Shown: piece by piece, positions 55,101 to 64,000 of the stretch
Layout: each line of letters opens with the position of its first letter
Numbering within the stretch: position 1 is the stretch's first letter
Source of the DNA: Narcine bancroftii
Lineage: Eukaryota
Length of the DNA stretch: 64,000 bases
Direction: 5' to 3'
NCBI RefSeq assembly: GCF_036971445.1
Contig: NC_091478.1
Location: 94,302,001 to 94,366,000 of the forward strand
Made by a program: the position numbers and the translations under genes
The notes under the pieces: model-generated
Databases searched by the model: none
What the model saw: only the letters and a program-made list of their open reading frames with translations
What the model was told of the DNA's origin: nothing

Positions 55101-55160
55101 GGCCTGTCCCCGTTTGACGAGCCGTGTCCCCGGCCTCTGCTTCTTTCCCTGCGCCGCTCC

Positions 55161-58100
55161 ATGTACTCCGGACGGCCGGTCAGGGAGAGGCCGCAGCTGC
55201 AGAGCCTGGTGCTGGAGTACAGCTGCCGGCACCGCCTGGAGCCGCTAACACAGCGTGAGCGAGGGTCGGGGGCCGGAGAGAGATAGGGGACGCAGTGTCG
55301 GGTGGAGGAGCAGAGACGGGGGTCGGGAGACTGGGGGGGTCGGGAGACGGGGGGGTGGTCGGGAGACTGGGGGGGGGGGTCGGGAGACGGGGGGGTCGGG
55401 AGACGGGGGGGGTGGTCGGGAGACGGGGGGGGTGGTCGGGAGACGGGGGGGGTGGTCGGGAGACGGGGGGGTGGTCGGGAGACGGGGGGGGGGGGTCGGG
55501 AGACTGGGGGGGGTGGTCGGGAGACTGGGGGGGGGTCGGGAGACTGGGGGGGGGTCGGGAGACGGGGGGGTCGGGAGACGGGGGGGTGGTCGGGAGACGG
55601 GGGGGGTCGGGAGACGGGGGGGGGTCGGGAGACGGGGGGGGGTCGGGAGACGGGGGGGGGTCGGGAGACGGGGGGGGTCGGGAGACGGGGGGGGGGGGTC
55701 GGGAGACGGGGGGGGGGCGGGAGACGGGGGGGGCGAGTCAGGGAATGGAGCCGGTTGGGGGTTGAGCGTGGACGGAGTGGGGGATGGAGGGTGTCAAGGT
55801 ATGGAACTGTATGGGGGTTGGGGTGGGGGGGAGGAGGAGGGATGAGGATGTGGGGGTGGGAGATGAGGGGGAAGGAGGGATGAGGATGTGGGCGTGGGAG
55901 ATGAGGGATGAGAATGTGGGCGTGGGAGATGAGGGATGAGGATGTGGGCGTGGGAGATGAGGATGTGGGCGAGGGAGATGAGGGATGAGGATGTGGGCGT
56001 GGGAGATGAGGGGGAAGGAGGGGTGAGGATGTGGGCATGGAGCCATGACCTCGGGTTGGGGGTGGACAATAAGCTTTGATCAGTACACTTACTGAGAGCA
56101 ACCAGAAGTGTATTCACTAATCCGGAGGTGTATTTTAATTTCTCCTGCAGATTGTCTGCAGGGATGGGATACCTCATTCACTGAGCATGGAACTTTACCC
56201 CTTCGAATTGCCTGTGCTGCGCTGTGGAGCGTGGTGAAATGGCAACATGCAGACCACTATGGGAGAGTGGTGGATTTTGTGAATGATGTCTGGCATCAGG
56301 TTTCAGACCTCGTCAGTTACCGACACTATCTCAAACTCTGCATGGCTTTCAAAGCCAAGGTATTGTACTGCCTGCTAAACAACTTGGTGTTCACACTTAG
56401 CTATTCTCCACTCTGTTGTAGGGCAAGGGCAGGAAGGCTGGGGTTTGGTGTCCGAGTCTTTGAAAGCATGAGAAGGCCCATATCATTCATGTTTGTTGCC
56501 TATTCTTTTTCCCATGTGCATTAACACCCATGATTTTCCCAGCTCTCATCTACACCAAGGGATATTTAAACCATCAATCTTCCAATCTACTCGTGTCTTT
56601 GGGATGTGGGATGAAACTGGACCACTTGGGGAAATTCATGTTCAAACTCCACCCAGACGGCAGCTGGAATCCGAATTGAACATGGGGCAATGGAGCCATG
56701 AAGTTACTTTGTGGTTTTCTTAATTTCCCCCTGGGTTTGAGGATACGGGAAATGGATGGATGGATGGTAAATGGTGGCATTGGCAGAAGCTGAAGGAGTG
56801 ATAACTGAGTGCGATCATTTCTCTCCCCTTCAATGGATCTGTCCTTGGAAACCAGAACCAAGAACCAAACCTCAGCACTCCATTGTGATTGTAAAGACTT
56901 TCATTGGGCTGTGTACATCGGTACACAAGAGGGTACAGATTGCGTGAACTCCACCGCTGCACCTTCTACTCAATGTGGCTTTAGAACCTTCTGGTCCCAG
57001 CTTCCTAACTGAAAATGCTTCCCTACTTGGTGTCAATTCTGTGTGCAGATGCACAATAGCACAAGCACTCTGACTTTGTATCTGGCTACTACCCCATGCT
57101 CTCATTAGTTCTTTTACTCTTAGGGGTATCTGTACTGCATCTCCCTGACAGCCTGAAATTTAAGTGTAGAGTTTTTGCAAATGATGAGGGATAATACTGG
57201 TAGTTCAATGCTTCACAGTCTCAATGCTTCACAGTCTCAATGCTTCACAGTCTCAATGCTTCACAGTCTCAATGCTTCACAGTCTCAATGCTTCACAGTC
57301 TCAATGCTTCACAGTCTCAATGCTTCACAGTCTCAATGCTTCACAGTCTCAATGCTTCACAGTCTCAATGCTTCACAGTCTCAATGCTTCACAGTCTCAA
57401 TGCTTCACAGTCTCAATGCTTCACAGTCTCAATGCTTCACAGTCTCAATGCTTCACAGTCTCAATGCTTCACAGTCTCAATGCTTCACAGTCTCAATGCT
57501 TCACAGTCTCAATGCTTCACAGTCTCAATGCTTCACAGTCTCAATGCTTCACAGTCTCAATGCTTCACAGTCTCAATGCTTCACAGTCTCAATGCTTCAC
57601 AGTCTCAATGCTTCACAGTCTCAATGCTTCACAGTCTCAATGCTTCACAGTCTCAATGCTTCACAGTCTCAATGCTTCACAGTCTCAATGCTTCACAGTC
57701 TCAATGCTTCAATAAATTGCGTCACTTTACACTTAACCAGATTGAACTCCATTTGGCACTTCTCCATCCAATTCTGCATCCTGTCAATATCATATGACAA
57801 TCTTCTATGCTATCCAAACACCAGCCTTTGTATGACCTGCAAACTCACTGACTCACCTTCCACTTCTTCATTCATGTCATTTAAAAAATCTCAAAGAGCA
57901 GGGGTGCTCGATCAGATGCCTGCATAACACTACTAGACGCTGACCTCCAGGCAGCATACGTTCCATCTACTACCGTCCTCTGCCTTCAGCAGGCAAGCCA
58001 ATTCCGAAACCAAGCATCCAACAGCTCTCATAACTTTCTGAATGAGCTGACCATGGGGAGTTTGTCAAATGCCTTACGAAAAATCCATAAACATCATAAG

Positions 58101-61100
58101 GTATAAAAATCTTACCTTCATCAATTTCTTTTGTCACTTCCTTGAAAAATTCAATTAGACTCGTGAGGCACAACCTGCCCCTCACAAAGCCCTGCTATTT
58201 ATAGAATTGTGAGAGACATGGAGTGGACAGTCAGGCTTGTTTTTTTTTGCCAAATTGGATATGCCAAATATTAAAGCGCATAGATTTGAGATGAGAGGGG
58301 GATTTTCAGATTTGCTAACCAAATTATTGTTTTACAGTGATGTGCCTGGAACTCATTGCTGAGGAGGGTGGAAGCAGATATAATAGTGATGTCTAAGAGA
58401 CATTTAAATAGGGACAAGAGGCAGAGAATGGAAGGAATCAGTCTGTGAGCAGGTTGGTGGGATGAGTTTAAATTGGCATTGTGTTCAAAGCTTTCTCACT
58501 GTCCCTCCAGCTGGTGATGGAAATGTTTGTGAAACAAAGGAGTTTATTGGACATCCTCCAGATCCTTGACAAATACTTTCCCAGGCAGGTTCCAGCTGAC
58601 CCTAGAGTGGTAAGTTACTGTGATTGATCTTCCTCTGGTAAAGTGGAACAAATTATGGGTGACCTTTAGCTGATACCTGATCCTAACCCAGTACAGACCC
58701 ATCCCTCTCTCCTACCCTTCTCCCAGAGATGCAGATTATTGACCCCAGCTCCTGTTGCTAACTGTGTGGGATGGGTGTGCAGGGTGGAGGGAGGGTCCAC
58801 GCTGGTGATGTATCTGTGAGCGGGATGTTTTGTGAGTGCAGGGATGTCTGTTGGAGGGTCTTTGAGAGTGGATGGGCTCTGTAAGGGTGGGTGTGAGCTG
58901 TGAGGGAGACGGTAGATCTTTTGGAAGGGGTGTGAGAGGTGGTCTGAGGGTGGGTGGATCTGTGAGGAGAGTGATCTGAGGGGGAGGTTGGGGATCTGTT
59001 GTAGAGTGGACTGAGGATGGGGGTGTCAGTGGGGACTCTGAGGATAGGTCTGTGAGAGAGGGTGGGTCTGTAAGGATCTGTGAGAGTGGGGGTCTTATGA
59101 TGAGGAGTCTTTGAGGATAGAGGGGTCTGTGAGAAGGGATGCTGGCTCATTCACAGGACATTTAACCCCTGATTTCCTAACAGACCAGAAGGGATGTTGA
59201 GAAGGAGCGTCAGTGTCGGCTGCAGTTCCGGAAACATGTTCTGTTCATGATCCGAGACAGGAATTACCGGGAACACTTCTTGAAGGTGAGTGTCGATCCT
59301 CGGGATGGATGAGTCAGGGTCTGGTTTGTCGGCACCATCTGCAGGAAGGGGGTTCTCCACGCACTCTGTGGAGGTGGAGAAGAGTTTCCAGTCTGTGTGG
59401 GCTGGAGGGGGGTGGGAGAAGGGGCTTCATCCTCTGTGTTGCCTGGAGTGGGGGGGGGGGGGGGGGAGAAGGGGCTTCATCTTCTGCCAGGGAGAGGTTT
59501 TTGAATGTCTGTACCAGGCTCTACATCTCTGGCAGACTCCAGCACAGATGTTACTGGTATGGACAGTGCTGGTAATAGTCAGTGCTGTCTATTCCATGTG
59601 ACTTGGAGCAGGGGTGTTGGTTGGACAGGGGAGATGGCTGTGCGGGGAAGTGTGTCGAGGCAGGGGTCTCGGGGGCAAGAGGCATGCATTGTAGGGGTGA
59701 GGTTTAAGGGTGTGTTAGGGCAGGGGCGTGCATTGGACTGGGCATGGGGAGAGGGTTGTGTGGGGTGGGATCGTATGGGCGGGGAGGCGTGTGTTAGAGG
59801 TAGGCAGCTGGTGGGGCATGCGGGGGGAGGTTAGTCTTGTGACAGAAGTTGTGGCTGAGGCTGAGCATGTTTGATCAAGGAGGAGATGGAAGAGGTATAC
59901 GGCAGCGTGTTCATGACTGCAGCCCAGAGACTGCTATGGGAGTTCCTCCAGAGGCTCGAGAGTGCTCTGCCCCTTCCTCGAGTGGATCAGGTAACCCTCC
60001 TCACCCCTATCAGTACCTTCACCCTCTTACAACACTTCCAGGTAACTCCCACCCCTCTTCCCCCACACAACCTTCAGTGAACCTGCACGTCCTGAGTGTG
60101 AGCTAAATATTTTAAATTGGTCAACAGAAACCTGTTTGGAAGTATATTGGAGAAGTGCAGGAATGTAGAAATCACATGGACTCTGATCTGGACAGAGCTG
60201 GATCACATGGACTGACTGGATCACACATATGGACGAGATCACACGGACTGACGGGATGAGGCAGACTAACTCAAAAAGTCACTGAAATACTTTAATCAAG
60301 AAAAAATTGTCACTGGCCCATTTCCTTTGGAGTTATGAAACCATGCACATAACGAGTCAATTAGGTACAATTAAAACAGTGGTTTTCAAACTTTTTCTTT
60401 CCACTCACATACCACCTTAAGTAATCCTTTACTAATCACAGAGCATCTATGGCATAGGGATTACTTAAAGTGGTATGTGAGTGGAAGGAAAAAGTTTGAA
60501 ATCCACTGTTTTAATCGTACCTAATTGACTCATTATGTGCATGGTTTCATAGCTCCAAAGGAAATGGGCCAATGACAATTTTTTCTTGATTAAAGTATTT
60601 CAGCGACAATTGGGTGTAGAGCAGTGGTTTTCAACCTTCCCTTCCCACCCACATAGCACCTTAAGAAATCCCTTATTAATCACAGAGTACCTGTGGCATA
60701 GGGATTACTTAACGTGGTATTGAGTGGAAAGAAAAAGTTTGAAACCCACTGGACTGACTGGATCACATGGAATGACCAGAATGAATTCTGACCCAGTCAA
60801 GGATGCAGAGTTGGATAATTCGAACTGACTGGATCATTCAGATTAACTGGAATGGACTGTAACTCTGACATCCTGATTCCTTTGTTGACATACCCCAAGT
60901 GCCTCTGTTCCAACTTTGCTATCACTGGAGGCCTTGGTCAAAGGATTCACTGTGCTCGTCCCACTGTGCACTTTGTGTTTACTGGACAGGGCTCAACCTC
61001 TCCCCTTTTCTGTGGTTGCTTTCATAGCTGCTTGCCTCATGTGTGGACAGAGGTAGCCTTTCTCAGGAGGAAAAGTCCCTCATCTCTCTCCTTGCCGACC

Positions 61101-62567
61101 ACAGCAGGTCTGTTTCTGACATTCTCCTCCAACGAATGCAGCAGCAGTGGAGCCAACACAGAAGCGGTGAGTTCATCAGTGATGCAATATGTCCAGCCAG
61201 AGTTCTTGCCACTCCACAGGCCCTGACGTTGTGAGGCTGGGAATCCAGTTACAATATACAATCTGGCTGTGAAGCCATGTCTTTGCTTCTCCTGTGTGAC
61301 CACAGTACTGTTTACTCCTCTGCCCCCTGATCAGAGGGAATTGGATAGGAGCAATACATGCCGGGGGCCTTCTGAAAATTAATGTTGAAAACTGCAGCAA
61401 TGTGCTCATAAATCAGGCCCTCAGGAAGGGGGGTTGCTGCTTAACATCGGAGCTTGGGAATCAGTTTGGTAGGAGAGGAAGGAGATGTGAAATGAACAAG
61501 AGTGGTAGTGGGGGCAGGAGGGATCTTTAGCCAAGTGGATTGGGTTGGACAATACATGTTCAGCTGTCCCATTTTGCATTACAGGTGGCTGGGGGACCAG
61601 CACTGAGACAGGATCTGGAACCCCTGTGAGCAGTACTGTGCAAGAGTTAGAGCCAAGGAAGGGCCGCTTTCCTGGAGCTGAGCAGGTGACTCTGGACTCT
61701 CAGAAAGGGGAGCTGGGCACCCAGGGGCAAAGCCGAGTTTCGCCCTGGATGGAAGAGGAGGATATATACACCTCATCTAACATGGGCTTTGGAGAGGAAT
61801 GGATGAACTGCAGGACTATGAGAGCACTACACCCTCACTCCAAGGATTGGGCAGAGAGGGCCAGTAGGAGAGAGTATCTAGAGGGCAGGCTCCATCCCTG
61901 TGTCTTCTCTGCTTTAAACTTTGACTTATCTGAGGAGGAGGCTGGGAGCTATTCATCACCGACCCTATCACCTCCTGACCCCCTGCAGTCTCAGTGTGAT
62001 GACTCCCCAGCTGTGGCCTGCACTCTCTCACAGGTTAGTCCTGCTGGCAGATGGCAGGGCTCAGAAGGGACCTGCCATCCTTCGCTGCCAGCCCCTCAAC
62101 CCCCAGACCTGGGGCCGAGCAATGGGATTGACATTGAGCTGTTGGCAGGAGCTCCCCTATCACGGGAGGTCCGGGACCAACTCCTGCGCTGCTCACAGTT
62201 CCAGCCCAAGGTTCTCCTCTGCAGACTGACTGGGCAGCCAGAGAAGTGGGGTTTACAGGAAGAGGCTGGATTGGACAGTGCTAGCCTCTGGCATCCCAGC
62301 CACTCCACTCCAAGACTTGCTTGCAGATGGAACCTGCGCAAGAGGCCCCGGGAGTTGCAGCTGGGGCATGCCAGCTGGGACGGAAGCCTTTTTTCCTCCA
62401 GTGAGGAGTCCTCACAGTTGGACAACAGTGACTATGAATATTTCCCTTTCTGCAGCCAGCTGACCTCTTTTGGCAAGTGGACCACCGATGCCAGGAGGAA
62501 CAAGATGGGTCAATTCATTGGGTTGAAGACCAAAGATCAGAAACACATGCACAGGTACAAAAAGTAA
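55161..62567 (+). CDS. TINF2 N-terminal-domain protein (TIN2-like, probable paralog), 7 exons, 578 aa
   Basis: Exons: 55161-55254 (MYSGRPVRERPQLQ..), 56151-56359 (LPLRIACAALWSVVKWQHADHYGRVVDFVNDVWHQVSDLVSYRHYLKLCMAFKAK), 58511-58609 (LVMEMF..LQILDKYFP), 59184-59285, 59880-59990 (EEVYGSVFMTAAQRLLWEFLQRLESALPLPRVDQ), 61028-61166, 61585-62567. Total 1737 nt, GT-AG, in frame. Peptides resemble recalled human TIN2 ([52 protein letters not shown]). Exon 1 and the exact 3' end are less certain. Confidence 0.85.
55312..55733. repeat. G-rich minisatellite (GTCGGGAGAC + G-run), TIN2-like intron 1
   Basis: More than 20 units of about 17-22 bp; followed by a degenerate GATGAGGATGTGGGCGTGGGA array at 55840-56040. 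Confidence 0.95.
57205..57711. repeat. Perfect 16-bp tandem repeat (TCAATGCTTCACAGTC) x~31.7
   Basis: Directly visible; source of the MLHSLNASQSQCFTVS ORFs in all three frames. Confidence 0.98.
60278..60751. mobile_element. Composite hAT/Charlie-like MITE containing a long palindrome
   Basis: CAGTGGTTTTCAA TIR units; homologous to 18637-18962. Confidence 0.75.
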
Positions 62568-64000
62568 ACCCAAGGCCAATATTGTCTCAATGGAGGGCAT
62601 GGTAAAAGGGGTAGGTTCACTCCAGTCAGTGCTGAACATACCATGATGGAGTGCTATATTAACAAGGCCAGGATTCCAGGCTTGAGCTGAAGGGACTGCT
62701 TAGTAAACCAGCAGTGGTGAAGGAGGCTGCTGGATTCATGTCTACTGACCTAAATGGAATGTGGCTTGCTGGTCTTTCCAAAGCTCACTGCTATTGGATC
62801 CCCATCTGACCTAAATCTTCACCTTAGATTCCGGTGGTCCACTTCATCTCCAATACACTAGATTGTCTCCCCTCAACTCATTTCATCCACAAGCTTTTGG
62901 GACAGTCTCTCTCATCTATAATTCAACCATGGCATCATCTGTGTAACTCCCCTCACCATCCCCTCCAGTTCCATCATATCCTGTTGTTTGGTGGCCAGAA
63001 CTATACCTGGTGTCCCAGCTATGGCCTAACCAATGTTTCACAGTTTCAGTGCATAAGGGCATAATCAAGCCATTTGGCCCATCGAGTCTGCTCTGCCATT
63101 CAAATCATGGCTAATATTTTTCCTCACATCCCCATTTTTCTGCTTTTTCCCCATAACCTTTGACATCCTTACTAATCAAGAATGGATTCTCATAGCTTTG
63201 GTCTGATGTTTGGACTTGGAGGATATGGTGGTGGTTAGCAGTTCAGGTAGTAAGGTTAGAAACTCTCCACTAAGCTGGTGCAATGGGGAACTCTTCCAAC
63301 AAAAGCAGACACTGTGGTTAATTCTCTGCCCCACCCCTCCCTAACCTACAACTCCCACACATCTGTGAGGCTGGTACTCTACCACCTCCAACTGGAAAGG
63401 CCTCCAGCATTCTCACCTCTCGAATTACATTTACAGCATCTCCAGATTTTCTCCAAATATCCTGGGGTGAAGGTGGTCAGGATCAAGGTCAGCTGTGTTC
63501 TCACTGATTTGCTCCACTGAAAAAACTGTTGTTATGGTATGATGCAATAGACCTCCAATCAGCCCTCAAAGAATCTTCACTCTCTCACCTTCTACAAAAG
63601 TCACACTTCCTAATGAATTACCCAGTCTGTACATGCCTGTTACCTCTGAAACAGTTTATTGCTCTCAATGGTCCTCTTCCCCCAGCACCCACTGCCCTGC
63701 CTTTCTCTAATGACCTCTCCCCCAGCACCCACTGCCCTGCCTTCTTCCATGGACCCCTCTAGCACCCATCCAGTTAATGAGGGTTCAATATCAAGTGAGC
63801 AGCAAGAGGTGGTTTGACTGCGACAAGGTACAGGAAAGTGGGTTGCTGTGAGAGAGATGGTTTCTACTGACAGATGAGTCTGTTGAAATGTACACTACTG
63901 GAAATTATAAACACTTGACTGTACTGTATTTTTCTTGCTCAATGTAACCCTCCCTAGCCTTAGTGCCCATTCATGGAAACTGTGCTACATTTCCAGCATT

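Noticed and set aside
55312-55733. Telomere-like repeat inside a telomere-protein gene
   Set aside because: The unit is GTCGGGAGAC(G)n, not TTAGGG.
55097-56177. 334-aa Pro-rich and Gly-rich ORFs
   Set aside because: Minisatellite translations in intron 1 of the TIN2-like gene.
57175-57927. 163-250 aa repetitive ORFs
   Set aside because: Translation of the intronic 16-bp tandem repeat.
55161-62567. Calling this gene CEP89 (by synteny) or TINF2 (by domain)
   Set aside because: No CEP89-like peptide was seen; TINF2 orthology is unproven (different neighbourhood, no FxLxP, extra exon), so no symbol is assigned.

Overview
Vertebrate genomic DNA, intron-rich and repeat-dense. The mix of CR1, RTE, Tx1/L1, Penelope-like elements and tRNA-SINEs suggests a cartilaginous fish, probably a ray (inference only). 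Four spliced protein-coding genes were reconstructed by hand with GT-AG boundaries and consistent phases: GPATCH1 (minus, exons 1-7, runs off the left edge), RHPN2 (plus, 15 exons, 678 aa), FAAP24 (minus, 4 coding exons, 233 aa) and a 7-exon, 578-aa gene with a TINF2 (shelterin TIN2) N-terminal domain (plus). The GPATCH1-RHPN2-FAAP24 order and orientation match human 19q13.11. The slot head-to-head with FAAP24, which holds CEP89 in human, instead holds the divergent TIN2-like gene, apparently on a shared CCAAT-rich bidirectional promoter; this is the most notable observation. The window also has a 5'-inverted RTE insertion, nested retroelements with intact TSDs, two solo LTRs, Harbinger-like and hAT-like non-autonomous elements (one forming a 330-bp palindrome), several G-rich minisatellites and a 286-N gap. 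Most long ORFs in the supplied track are tandem-repeat or transposon artefacts.
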